From Eledone cirrhosa (lineage: Eukaryota), in NCBI GenBank assembly GCA_964016885.1, contig OZ024741.1, positions 366,854,001 through 366,918,000 of the forward strand: 64,000 nt of DNA, read 5' to 3'. The position numbers and the translations under genes are program-made. Shown piece by piece: positions 44,401 to 57,561 of this stretch (its first letter is position 1; each line of letters begins with the position of its first letter). Under the pieces are notes generated by a model. It saw only the letters and a list, made by a program, of their open reading frames with translations. It was not told where the DNA came from and searched no databases.

Positions 44401-47400
44401 CTGCATACTTACTTTCTGTTATACTTCAACTCTTTCATGCTTCCATTCCTGCATACTTACTTTCTGTTATACTTCCACTCTTTCATACTTCCATTCCTGC
44501 ATACTTACTTTCTGTTATACTTCCACTCTTTCATGCTTCCATTCCTGCATACTTACTTTCTGTTATACTTCCACTCTTTCATACTTCCATTCCTGCATAC
44601 TTACTTTCTGTTACACTTCAACTCTTTCAGAATTCCATTACTGCCTACCTACTTTCTGTTATACTTCCACTCTTTCATACTTCCATTCTTGCATACTTCT
44701 GTTATACTTCCACTCTTTCATACTTCCATTCCTGCATACTTACCTTCTGTTATACTTCCACTCTTTCATACTTCCATTCCTGCATACTTACTTTCTGTTA
44801 TACTTCCACTCGTTCATAATTGCATTCCTGCATACTTACTTTCTGTTATACTTCCATTACTGCATACTTACTTTCTGTTATACTTCCACTCTTTCATAAT
44901 TCCATTCCTGCATACATACTTTCTGTTATACTTCCGCGCTTTCCTACTTCCATTCCTGCATACCTACTTTCTGTTATACTTCCACTCTTTCAAACTTCCA
45001 GTCCTGCATACTTACTTTCTGTTATACTTCCACTTTTTCATACTTCCATACCTGCATACTTACTTTCTGTTATACTTCCATTCCTGCATACATACTTTCT
45101 GTTATACTTCCACTCTTTCATGCTTCCATTCTTGCATACTTTTTCTGTTATACTTCCACTCTTTCATACTTCCATTCCTGCATACTTACCTTCTGTTATA
45201 CTTCCACTCTTTCATACTTCCATTCCTGCATACTTACTTTCTGTTATACTTCCACGCTTTCCTACTTCCATTCCTGTATACATACTTTCTGTTATACTTC
45301 CACTCTTTCATACTTCCATTCCTGCATACTTACTTTCTGTTATACTTCCACTCTTTCATAATTGCATTCCTGCATACTTACTTTCTGTTATACTTCCATT
45401 ACTGCATACTTACTTTCTGTTATACTTCCACTCTTTCATACTTCCATTCCTGCATACTTACTTTCTGTTATACTTCCACTCTTTCATACTTCCATTCCTG
45501 CATACTTACTTTCTGTTATACTTCCACTCTTTCAAACTTCCATACCTGCATACTTACTTTCTGTTATACTTCCACTCTTTCATACTTCCATTCCTGCATA
45601 CTTACTTTCTGTTATACTTCCACTCTTTCATGCTTCCATTCCTCCATACTTACTTTCTGTTATACTTTCACTCTTTCATACTTCCATTCCTGCATACTTA
45701 CTTTCTGTTACACTTCAACTCTTTCAGAATTCCATTACTGCATACCTACTTTCTGTTATACTTCCACTCTTTCATAATTCCATTCCTGCATACTTACTTT
45801 CTGTTATACTTCCACTTTTTCATACTTCCATACCTGCATACTTACTTTCTGTTATACTTCCAATCCTGCATACATACTTTCTGTTATACTTCCACTCTTT
45901 CATACTTCCATTCTTGCATACTTACTTCTGTTATACTTCCACTCTTTCATACTTCCATTCCTGCATACTTACCTTCTGTTATACTTCCACTCTTTCATAC
46001 TTCCATTCCTGCATACTTACTTTCTGTTATACTTCCACGCTTTCCTACTTCCATTCCTGCATACATACTTTCTGTTATACTTCCATTCCTGCATACTTAC
46101 TTTCTGTTATACTTCCACTCTTTCATAATTGCATTCCTGCATACTTACTTTCTGTTATACTTCCATTACTGCATACTTACTTTCTGTTATACTTCCACTC
46201 TTTCGTAATTCCATTCCTGCATACTTACTTTCTGTTATACTTCCACTCTTTCATACTTCCATTCCTGCATACTTACTTTCTGTTATACTTCCACTCTTTC
46301 ATACTTCCATTCCTGCATACTTACTTTCTGTTATACTTCCACTCTTTCATACTTCCATTCCTGCATACTTACTTTCTGTTATACTTCCACTCTTTCATAC
46401 TTCCATTCCTGCATACTTACTTTCTGTTATACTTTCACTCTTTCATACTTCCATTCCTGCATACCTACTTTCTGTTATACTTCAACTCTTTCATACTTCC
46501 ATTCCTGCATACTTACTTTCTGTTATACTTCCACTCTTTCATACTTCCATTCCTGCATAATTACTTTCTGTTATACTTCCACTCTTTCATACTTCCATTC
46601 CTGCATACTTACTTTATGTTATACTTCCACTCTTTCATACTTCCATTCTTGCATACTTACTTCTGTTATACTTCCACTCTTTCATACTTCCATTCCTGAT
46701 TACTTACTTTCTGTTATATTTCCACTCTTTCATACTTCCATTCCTGCATACTTACTTTCTGTTATACTTCCACTCTTTCATACTTCCATTCCTGCATACT
46801 TACTTTCTGTTATACTTCCACTCTTTCATACTTCCATTCCTGCATACCTACTTTCTGTTATACTTTCACTCTTTCATAATTCCATTCCTGCATACTTACT
46901 TTCTGTTATACTTCCACTCTTTCATACTTCCGTTCCTGCATACCTACTTTCTGTTATACTTTCACTCTTTCATACTTCCATTCCTGCATACTTACTTTCT
47001 GTTATACTTCTACTCTTTCATACTTCCATTTCTGCATACTTACTTTCTGTTATACTTCCACTCTTTCATACTTCCATTCCTGCATACTTACTTTCTGTTA
47101 TACTTCCACTCTTTCATACTTCTATTCCTGCATACTTACTTTCTGTTATACTTCCACTCTTTCATACTTCCATTCCTGCATACTTACTTTCTGTTATACT
47201 TCCACTCTTTCATACTTCCATTCCTGCATACTTACTTTCTGTTATACTTCCACTCTTTCATACTTCTATTCCTGCATACCTACTTTCTGTTATACTTCCA
47301 CCCTTTCATACTTCCATTCCTGCATACTTACTTCTGTTATACTTCCACTCTTTCATACTTCTATTAATGCATATTTATTTTCTGTTATACTTTCACTCTT

Positions 47401-48850
47401 TCATACTTCCATTCCTGCATACTTACTTTCTGTTATACTTCCACACCTCCATTCCTGCATACTTACTTTCTGTTATACTTCCACTCTTTCATACTTCCAT
47501 TCCTGCATACTTACTTTCTGTTATACTTCTACTCTTTCATACTTCCATTCCTGCATACTTACTTTCTGTTATACTTCCACTCTTTCATACTTCCATTCCT
47601 GCATACCTACTTTCTGTTATACTTCCACTCTTTCATAATTCCATTCCTGCATACTTACTTTCTGTTATACTTCCACTCTTTCATACTTCCATTCTTGCAT
47701 ACTTACTTCTGTTATACTTCCACTCTTTCATACTTCTATTAATGCATATTTATTTTCTGTTATACTTTCACTCTTTCATACTTCCATTCCTGCATACTTA
47801 CTTTCTGTTATACTTCCACTCTTCCATACTTCTATTCCTGCATACTTACTTTCTGTTATACTTCCACTTTTTCATACTTCTTTCTTGCATACTTTCTGTT
47901 ATACTTCCACCCTTTCATACTTCCATTACTGCATACTTACTTTCTGTTACACTTCAACTCTTTCAGAATTCCATTCCTGCATACTTACTTTCTGTTATAC
48001 TTCCACTCTTTCATACTTCTATTCCTGCATACCTACTTGCTGTTATACTTCCACCCTTTCATACTTCCATTACTGCATACTTACTTTCTGTTATACTTCC
48101 ACTCTTTCATACTTCCATTCCTGCATACTTACTTTCTGTTATACTTCCACTCTTTCACACTACCATTCCTGCATACCTACTTTCTGTTATACTTCCACTC
48201 TTTCATACTTCCATTCCTGCATACTTACTTCTGTTATACTTCCACTCTTTCACACTACCATTCCTGCATACTTACTTTCTGTTATACTTCCACTCTTTCA
48301 TACTTCCATTTCTGCATACTTACTTCTGTTATACTTCCACTCTTTCATACTTCCATTACTGCATACTTACTTTCTGTTATACTTCCACTCTTTCATACTT
48401 CCATTCCTGCATACTTACTTTCTCTTATACTTCCACTCTTTCATACTTCCATTCCTCCATACTTACTTTCTGTTATACTTCCACTCTTTCATACTTCCAT
48501 TCCTGCATACTTACTTTCTGTTATACTTCCACTCTTTCATACTTCCATTCCTGCATACATACTTTCTGTTATACTTCCGCGCTTTCCTACTTCCATTCCT
48601 GCATACCTACTTTCTGTTATACTTCCACTCTTTCATACTTCCATTCCTGCATACTTACTTTCTGTTATACTTCTACTCTTTCATACTTCCATTCCTGCAT
48701 ACTTACTTTCTGTTATACTTCCACTCTTTCATACTTCCATTCCATTGTTCCCCCACCCTTTCATACTCCCACCATTTCATACTTCCATTCTGTTATGCTA
48801 CCATGTCATACTCACATTCTGTCATATTCTATTATACTCCCATTCTACCA
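41405..48850. repeat. 48-bp satellite (~150 units) built from three 16-bp subrepeats
   Basis: Unit catacttccattcctg-catacttactttctgt-tatacttccactcttt; explains the 16-aa periodic ORFs. Confidence 0.97.
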
Positions 48851-49309
48851 TACTCCCATCCTTACAGGGTCGATAAAATAAAGTAGCGGTCACACACCGA
48901 CTTTACCCTCTCACCAAAATTGCTGGCCTTGTGCCTATAGTAGAAATCATAACTATTATCATCAGTCCTCTTTATATTGTATTCTGTCACAGCATTACCA
49001 AGCACAGCTCTGAGTACCTTGAGAATGTGTATTGCTGTGTCTATTGTGTTGAAACTACTCTTCATAATGTGTTCAGTGCGTATGTTGTATATGTGTAAGT
49101 TCGGGGGGGGGGGGGGCTAAGATTTACAGATATAAACAACCTAATTATTGTTGTTGTTGTTGTTGTCGTCGTTGTTTTGTCGTTTTTTTTTAAATTATTA
49201 TTTTTGCTCCAGTAATAAAGATACTTAGAACGTTGGAATAGCTTGGACTAATGAGTGTTTAGAGTAAAAACAAAGACCATATGTTCTCATTCAGTGTAGC
49301 TACTCCTGC

Positions 49310-49463
49310 TGCTGCTACTCCTACTACTACTACCAGTACTACTACTATTACTACTACTATTACTACTACTATTACTACTACTACTACCACCACCACCACG
49401 ACTACTACTACTACTACAACTACCACCACCACCACTACTACTACTACCTCTACTACTACTACC

Positions 49464-49497
<34 letters not shown>

Positions 49498-49874
49498 TTA
49501 CTACTACTACAACTACTATTACTACTACTACCACCACTACTACTACTACCACCACCACCACTACTACTACTACCACCACCACCACCACTACTACTACTAC
49601 CACCACCACCACTACTACTACTACCACCACCACCACTACTACTACTACCACCACCACCACCACCACCATCACCACCACTACTACTAATACCACCACCACC
49701 ACCACTATTACTACTATTGCTGTTGCTTCTAAAGCTACTATCTTTTCTTCGCATTTTATCTCGTCAGTAAATATTCACTTTACCTAGGATAGTAACTGTT
49801 GCTGTTGTTCTCATGTAGTAGTAGTAGTAGTGGTGGTGGTGGTGGTGGTGGTGGTGGTCGTCGTCGTCGTCGTG

Positions 49875-49909
<35 letters not shown>

Positions 49910-49955
49910 GGTCGTGGTAGTAGTAGTAGCAGCAACTGCTGTAGTAGTAGTAGTG

Positions 49956-49987
<32 letters not shown>

Positions 49988-50230
49988 GGTGCTGGTGGTA
50001 GTAGTAGTAGCTGCAACAGCCGTAGTAGTGGTAGTAGTAGTAGTGGTGGTGGTCGTAGTAGTAGTAGTAGTGGTGGTCGTGGTGGTAGTAATAGTAGTAG
50101 CTGCAACAGCAGTAGTAGTGGTAGTAGTAGTAGTGGTGGTGGTCGTAGTAGTAGTAGTAGTAGTGGTGGTGGTGGTGGTGGTGGTCAACGTGGTAGTAGT
50201 AGTAGTAATAGTAGTAGTAGTAGTAGTAGT
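49310..50230. repeat. (ACT/ACC)n tract followed by an oppositely oriented (AGT/GGT)n tract
   Basis: Direct inspection; ~95-bp spacer at ~49720-49815. Confidence 0.9.
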
Positions 50231-50984
50231 TATGTTTTTATTATTCTGCTGTTATTGTTATAAAACACCATTTTATGTATCAATTTATGGTTGCTGTTGT
50301 GGCTGATATTTTGCTGTCATTCTTGTTACTAATGTTACTGCTGTTGTTGTTGTTGTTGTTGCTGCTGCTGCTGCTGCTGGTGGTTCTGTTGTTGTTGTTG
50401 CTGCTGCTTCTGTTGTTGTTGTTGTTGTTCCTAGTCTTTCCAGCTAGTTTTATTTTTAGTTCTGGTTCGTCAACTTCTATATCACCCTCTCCCCATTAAT
50501 TAAGATATGTATCATCATCATCATCATCGTTTAACATCTATTTTCCCCCGCTTGCATGGGTTAGACGGGCTGTCCCGCATTGTAAACATGATTGGTGTTA
50601 GGAAGGATATCCAACAACCGTAAACACCTAGCCAAAACATGGTCCTGCTATGAGCAAGGTACAGCATGGCCAATTGGCCAGACCTTGCTCATAGCGGAAC
50701 CATCCAGCTCCCAAAATACTGTTCCACTATGAGCAAAGTATGACACAGCCAGCTGGCCAGATACTCCTCAAAATGGGACCACCCAGTTCCACACTGTAAA
50801 TGTGGATGGTGTTAAGAAAGGCATCCAGCTTTAAAAAAAACATATTAAATCAGACATTTATTTTCTCATTTGCTATTGAAACAGTATAAGCTTAACCATA
50901 GTTATATATGTATGCATGTGTGTACATATGTATGTAAGTATGTATGTATATATGTATATGGATGTATGTATGTCATCATCATTT

Positions 50985-51310
50985 CATTTTACGTCCGCTT
51001 TTTCCCTGCTTGCAAGGGTGGGACAGGAACTGATTCTGGGTTGATTTCTACAGCTGGATGCCCTTCCTAACACCAACCTCATTTACAGTGAGTGCTGGGT
51101 GCTTTTTTCCGTGGCACCTCCACGACCACTTTACAGTGGAATGATAGGGACCCCAGTCCCTATCATCTCATTTCTACAGTTGAGTAAACTGGAGCAATGT
51201 GAAATAAAGTGTCTTGCTCAAGGAAACAACACATTACCCGGTCTGAGAATTGAACTCACAACCTTTCGATTGCAAGGCCAATACTCTAACCACTAAGCCA
51301 TGTGCCTCCA
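50985..51310 (-). mobile_element. SINE family B
   Basis: High similarity to 28085-28386 and 55707-56025. Confidence 0.85.
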
Positions 51311-51399
51311 TGTATGTATATATATATGTATATGTATGTATGTATGTTTGTACTACTAAAATAACAAGTATCAGGTAGGATTGGAGAGTATAAAAAAAA

Positions 51400-51750
51400 C
51401 AGAAGAGAGAGATCAGTTTTAGATATATTTATTACATGACACATGTTTCTACAATGACCAGGCTCAAAATCACTCTAGATTATGTTTCATTACTTCTATT
51501 ATATCTATTTTTATTTTTATTTCTATAGTGTTTGTCATATTGTTGAATGTTGGGTGTAAATTGAAACACTTTCCCTTTAGTGACAGACTGGTTTTAAACC
51601 AGCCATCATTTGAATATATCTAAGAATGCTGCGATCCAAGGAGTTGAGCTATAAAGTTACATAATGTTAGATAATCCAAAATGGGTATGAGCTTGTTTAT
51701 TGTAGAATTGTTCATCACATAATAAACATATAAAACTGATCTCTCTTCTG
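51400..51750. mobile_element. Foldback element with ~65-bp imperfect terminal inverted repeats
   Basis: cagaagagagagatcagtttta / taaaactgatctctcttctg; inner tctacaatgaccaggctca / tgagcttgtttattgtaga. Confidence 0.7.
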
Positions 51751-51778
51751 GTATCATCATCATCAACATCATCATTGT

Positions 51779-51993
51779 TTAACTCTTTAGCATTTAAACC
51801 GGCCATATCTGGCCAGAATTCTCTCACCTCTTTCTGTTCAAATTGGTTGTAACTAGCTGCTCACATTGATGTTAAGGTATTGTTCTCAAAATAAATAATA
51901 TCAAAATCTCATAGATGCGATATTAAATGAGATAATTATGTGAGATAAAGCTTTTACCATGAAAATATAATAGTTAATATAGAGTAGGGTTAA
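51779..51993 (-). mobile_element. piggyBac-type MITE family 1
   Basis: Reverse-oriented copy, TTAA at both ends. Confidence 0.8.
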
Positions 51994-52699
51994 CATACAC
52001 TTTCCCTGCTAGTAAGAGTTGAATGGGTTGTCAGCAGACCAAATTGATACTCAAACCATGGGTATTGACCCTACAGTGGGCTAGGAGCCTGCATTTTGTT
52101 TACATTCCTGCACCCTAGCAAGTGCTCAAACAGGCCGGGGGTCCACAATTTTCTTACATATGATCCCGTGAACTACCAAGTGCATTTTATTTTGATGCTA
52201 GCCCTAGTGACATTGACATGTTTTGACACAGCTGAAGAGTCTTTCTGACCCTTTGTTTGATATGTTTTCTATAACTGGATACCCTTCCTATCACCAACCA
52301 CTTTACAGAGTGTACTGGGTGTATTTATCATGTAAATCATCAGTGCTAGCTAAAGAGTACCGCCAACCCTTTGTTTGGCAGGTTTTCTAGGGCTGAATGC
52401 CCTTTCTTTCACCAACACTCACTGGTATATATACATATATATATATATATATCATCATCATCCTCATCATCATCTTCGTTTAACGGCCGTTTTCCACGCT
52501 AGCATGTGTTATATACATATATATATATACTAGCTGACGTACCCAGCTTTGCACGGGTAAACGGATGATAAGAGAATACAGGTAGAAGAGAAAATGATTG
52601 TATTGGATGTTTGTCTGGTTTACAGTATGAGGCCAGACCGTGGTGTGTGTGTTACAAAAAAATAAACAGTAAAAAAATTTACCAGATACGCCAGATTCG

Positions 52700-53062
52700 T
52701 GCATAGTATATGAAGATTTATAGGTGTTTCCACTCGCGAACAACCTACATATAACTGCCCATGAGTAAAAAGCGATTCTCTAATATCCAATTCTACAACT
52801 TTGAAACTCTGAGCCTGAGCTTTATGTATGGTCATAGCAAAATTGGCTCTAACAGGGAACTGAAGTCTTGAGAATTTCAATGGCAGCTCAGTAGAGGAAG
52901 GGATAAGAGGAATCTTGGGAATAAATGCATTTTCTCCTTGATGATTGCCTCCAAGAATAGTGACCTCTAGGAGATGGTTCATCATCCTCCTGGCTGTAAA
53001 GTCTGTGTCAATGCATAGAAGTAGTGGGTCCACGTTTCTCAAAAGGATGATGGGAGTTCCAA
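52700..53062 (-). pseudogene. Helitron Pif1 helicase C-terminal fragment
   Basis: FIPKIPLIPS, RLQFPVRANFAMTIHKAQAQS, FTHGQLYVGCSRV. Confidence 0.9.
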
Positions 53063-53199
53063 TATTTTATATTATATGTAGATACGGATATAGATAATTG
53101 TATATAAATGTGTGTATGTGTATGTGTGCATGTGTGTGTGTATAAACCAGCGTCTGAATCATGTGTTTAATTCTCTGTGTATCTGATTAAGTATTTACG

Positions 53200-53740
53200 C
53201 TGCAGTGCCGGAAAAGTCACATTCCCTGACGTTACTTCCTGCTACTAGTATGCTGGTAAGCTAGTACAACGTATCTCCAGATGGATAGAGTGGGTCCGTA
53301 GCTTTGGTTAGCGACTACTCTAGTGCTTGCAACACGAACAATTAGGGCGAGGGTATAAATGCCAGGTTGGTATCTGGCGCCGGGTAACCCACCACACGGA
53401 GGAGAAAGCACCTTCTTCAAGACTTGGCTGTCAAATTCTTTCACATGTGTGTAGTAGTGGTGCCCACACACATTATTAGCTATTTGAAAAGATGATGGAT
53501 TTCGCAACTAACTGCACCAGGGTTCCTGTTCCTCAGGGAACCACACTATATGGTATACCTGTTGATATAGGTCCAGCCCCTGCTTTCCCGGGTCCTGTTT
53601 CTGATCATAATGATCTCTAGGGATACGGGAATCAGTAGACAGGACCTGGGGGCAGCGATGGAGGACAGGGAATTCTGGGGCATGAGAGTGAGATCCATCA
53701 TCTCGACAGTAGTCGAAGAATGATGATGATGATGATGATT
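53200..53740 (+). mobile_element. Non-autonomous RTE-like retroelement fragment with (ATG)n tail
   Basis: 3' end translates as ISRDTGISRQDLGAAMEDREFW...* and is followed by (gat)n; 5' boundary uncertain. Confidence 0.55.
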
Positions 53741-54362
53741 TACTTGAAGATGTGTGTGTATGTAACTTACTAAGGTGTAATGTACGTAATGAACGTGTAA
53801 ACACACACACATTCACAGACACATACACTCTCTTATACAAAATGTGACGTCATCATCATCATGTTATAAAATATCCATTTACTTATAGTTGTTTATAGTA
53901 GATTATTTTAGATAAAGTGTTATATTGTTTTAATCCAAATGAAAATAAAGATTAAATGTTGGCACTCCGAGGGTCTAATTCTATTACTTGGTAAAATTTC
54001 ATTTGATTTGGTCGAGCCGTTTGGGAATGCATAAGGAAAATACAGACAGACAGAGAGACAAAGAATTTTATATATATACATAAAGAGAAAGAGAGAGCAG
54101 TTGGAGAGATAATACCATATAATGGTCTTTGGGGGAAATATAATTGTATTGTTTGAAATGTTCATGATCAAAGGAATTCCAAATTAAAGAATTCTGAATG
54201 CAATTAAATATAACTATGCAAAAACAATTGTAATGTGAAGAGGCTGGAAAAAACATACACAATTCACAAAACTCATTCCACTTTAGAATGGAGACCTTTT
54301 CAGTGGTTAAATAAAACTCAATCTAATGTAATTACTTGGTGAGCCTATATTGTTTATGTTTT

Positions 54363-54416
<54 letters not shown>

Positions 54417-54655
54417 AAATTCGTTTTCAAATATAAAAACTGGAAAGGTGTAGGTGAAAAAGTTATATCATCTCAAAATACAATAATTTATAATAATAAA
54501 CTGTACACACGGCTAAATATAATTTTTTTTTTTTTTAATATATATGAATTCCTCCTGCTGTGTTAGATTATTTACACATGGAGCAAATTATTCATTAAAA
54601 TGTTACCAAACACTTCTTTACATCATAAATAACTGTTTGTAACATATTTTAATGA

Positions 54656-54686
<31 letters not shown>

Positions 54687-54755
54687 TATATAGTGGTAGA
54701 ACACGGAAGGTAATATCCATAGTGGTAGAGCACTCAGTCCATGGGACGAGTTAGG

Positions 54756-54899
54756 TAGAAGTGGTTACACAACAGTTAGTTCACCATGCCGAGAACAATT
54801 GTTTCACCTTAACGGATCCTCAGCTCGTAATCTGAGGACCCGCTAAGGTGAAACAATTGTTCTCGGTATGGTGAACTAACTGTTGTGTAACCACTTCTA
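54756..54899. ncRNA. Palindrome (68-bp arms, 8-nt spacer) of two opposed hammerhead-bearing halves; complete hammerhead 54790-54827 (-)
   Basis: Minus strand CGAG CTGAGGA tCC gttaa GGt GAAAC aatt GTT CTCG; the plus-strand half lacks the 5' stem I strand. Confidence 0.75.
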
Positions 54900-55033
54900 T
54901 ATAAATATATATATAAGTATATATATGTATGTATGTAGCAGTAATAACAAAAATAACAAAAATAACAAAACAAATGGCACAATAGATGGAATGGAAGAAA
55001 TATATTAGTTTAAGACTTTAAATATCAGGAAGA

Positions 55034-55073
55034 GAGTCTTAACGTTTCGGACACTAGTCCTTCATCAGAAAAT
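55034..55073 (-). ncRNA. Minimal hammerhead in a Penelope-like remnant (~54960-55130)
   Basis: Minus strand CTGATGA a GGAC tagt GTCC GAAA CGTT AAG; weak stem I; homologue at 63200. Confidence 0.65.
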
Positions 55074-55189
55074 AGTGTTAGAAATAGAAGATGAATAGAA
55101 AGTAAAGAGTATTGAGAGGAAGGAACGGGGACAATGAGAAAAAAATGGGGAGAAAAAAGAACACACGTGCGTATTCAGTCAGCCATCTT

Positions 55190-55243
<54 letters not shown>

Positions 55244-55706
55244 TAGTTATATCTATATAAATACAGAATGTGTAACTAAGACTGCACCAACATGTATAAA
55301 TATATATACATATCTAACTTGTGTATAAATATATATACATATCTAACTTGTGGACATGTAAAAATGCCATAGAATACAAATTTCCCTGTAAATTGAAAAA
55401 AATGGTAAACATTTTTAATCAATTTTTGGATTTTAATGAACCCTCATCATCTAATCGACCACAAGGAAACCTATATTTGATGGGTATACATACCCATTCA
55501 CTCTTAGTATTATTCTGAAATGGACATACTAGTTTGCATATAATTAGTACTTGACCTGGTAATTAATTAATTAATATATATAGTAAGAAGTGCACTAGCA
55601 ACCGAAGTGTATGACAAAGTTATATCTGTATATATACAGTGTGTAACTGAAATTACACCAACGTGTATAAATCTAGGGTATGGTATGGTCTCGTAACACC
55701 TGATAG

Positions 55707-56025
55707 AGTCCGCTTTTCCCTGCTTGCAAGGGTGGGACGGGAACTGATTCTGGCTTGATTTCTACAGCTGGATGCCCTTCCTAACACCAACCTCATTTAC
55801 AGTGAGCGCTGGGTGCTTTTTTGCTGTGGCACCTCCACGGCCACTTTGCAGCAGAATGATATGGACCCCAGTCCTATCATCTGATTTCTACAGCTGAGTA
55901 AACTGGAACAATGTGAAATTAAGTGTCTTGCTCAAGGAAACAACACATTACCCAGTCTGAGAATTGAACTCACAACCTTTCGATTTCAAGCCCAATGCTC
56001 TAACCACTAAGCCATGTGCCTCCAT
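55707..56025 (-). mobile_element. SINE family B
   Basis: High similarity to the 28085 and 50985 copies. Confidence 0.85.
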
Positions 56026-56037
56026 ATATATGCCTCC

Positions 56038-56068
<31 letters not shown>

Positions 56069-56134
56069 CACACACACACATATAGTGAAAGAATGAAGAA
56101 TAACATGGTCGGCTGTACAAAAAGGGTTATATTT

Positions 56135-56251
56135 ACAGTATTAACAATTGTTTCATTGATCAGGTGAGTCTAAAGGCCGCTGATCACTCGAAATTGCGTC
56201 ACTCAACCTTAAATACAGTGTGTGTCTCTGATCAAATCATCAGAATACTGT
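56135..56251 (-). ncRNA. Type I hammerhead with 8-bp stem I, 8-bp stem II and 64-nt loop II, inside inverted repeat 56083-56326
   Basis: Minus strand ACAGTATT CTGATGA t TTGATCAG ...64 nt... CTGATCAA t GAAAC aatt GTT AATACTGT. Confidence 0.82.
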
Positions 56252-56871
56252 ATTTCGATGATTGTTAATACTGTAAATAAAACCCTTTTTGTACAGCCGA
56301 CCATGTTATTCTTCACTCTTTCACTACTATTACTCCAAGAATAAACTGCTTGAGAATTCTCACAAACTCGCTACCTAACTAAGGAAACCTCTTGTTGAGT
56401 CAACCAACACTGTACATTAAAACTATCCATAGTACAGAGTACTCACAACCTCTAACTGGATTACCTAAAACGATAACTTGTTATCCCAATATATATATAT
56501 ATATAAAGTGGAAACATTTCTAGACCAACAGAAATAGTTGCTGAGATGCTAATTAATTCACACATATACGCACAAGTAAATTCATTGCTAAAGGAAAGAT
56601 AATTCTTACAAGGAAGTTTATTTTTCTTTATGAACTAAATTATGTAATACTAAATAAAAAGATAAATAAATATATAAATGAATAACTATACATTATTCCT
56701 TTTGATCTTCTTGATATAACCATTTATCCAAATTATTAGGAAGAAAGGTGAAGGTATCACAGTTCAGCCATTGCAGAAAGAAAACACAATCACAAGGTGA
56801 AGTGAATTAAACTTTGCAATAGAATTGTTTATTTTAAAGTATTTATATCCATATGAAGACAGATGACCTTA

Positions 56872-57095
56872 AGGGCGGTGGATTGGCAGAATCAGTAGAG
56901 CATCGGACAACATGCTTTGCGGCATAGAGTTATAACCCTTTACGTTCTGAATTCAAATCCCACTGAGGTTAGCTTTGCATTTCATCCTTAGGGGGTCGAT
57001 AAAATAAAGCACCAGTAATGCACTGGGGTCAATTCAATCGACTTTCCCCTCCCCTAAAATTGTTGGCCTTGTTGCCTAAATCAGAAACAATTATT
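56872..57095 (+). mobile_element. Full-length SINE family A
   Basis: Same head and central domain as 36644. Confidence 0.85.
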
Positions 57096-57155
57096 AGGGT
57101 GTTGGACTTATGATCATAAGTTCATAGGTTTGATTCCTGAATGAGGTAGCATGTT

Positions 57156-57344
57156 TTAACCCTTTAGCATTTAAACCGGCCGTATTTCTCATCACTTTCT
57201 GTTCAAACCTTCCATAACCGACTGCTTTTGCCAACGCTTAGGTATTGTTCTCAAAATAAATAACATCAAAATCTCGTAGATTCAATATTATGTGAGATAA
57301 TTATAAAAGATAAAGACTTTACCACAAAAATACACTAGAGTTAA
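57156..57344 (-). mobile_element. piggyBac-type MITE family 1
   Basis: TTAA-ccctttagcattta; reverse-oriented interior; other end partly deleted. Confidence 0.75.
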
Positions 57345-57561
57345 TTTGAAGCAAAATTCTTTATTTCATGTTGCTCATTCTGATAGGCATTGTAACCAGT
57401 AGATAGTATCAGCAAGGGAAAGACCAATGGAAACATTTCTTCCTTGGTCTAATCTGAAAATCAGCACCTTTCCTATTTTATCTATATCATAATTTATCTA
57501 AAAAGCTTCCACCATAATTTTATGTAAAAAAACTTTGCCAAGTTATGATCCGAACATTAGC

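Larger units (their letters stand above)
52530..54080 (-). mobile_element. Second decayed Helitron, interrupted by other insertions
   Basis: 3' end acccgtgcaaagctgggt hairpin + CTAG|t at 52530; Helitron-like 5' segment tgtatatatataaaattc...gtctgtctg at ~53920-54080 (linkage of the two ends inferred). Confidence 0.65.

Noticed and set aside
41209-48886. Hydrophobic 16-aa-periodic ORFs up to 797 aa
   Set aside because: Translation of the 48-bp satellite; the frames shift freely at unit indels
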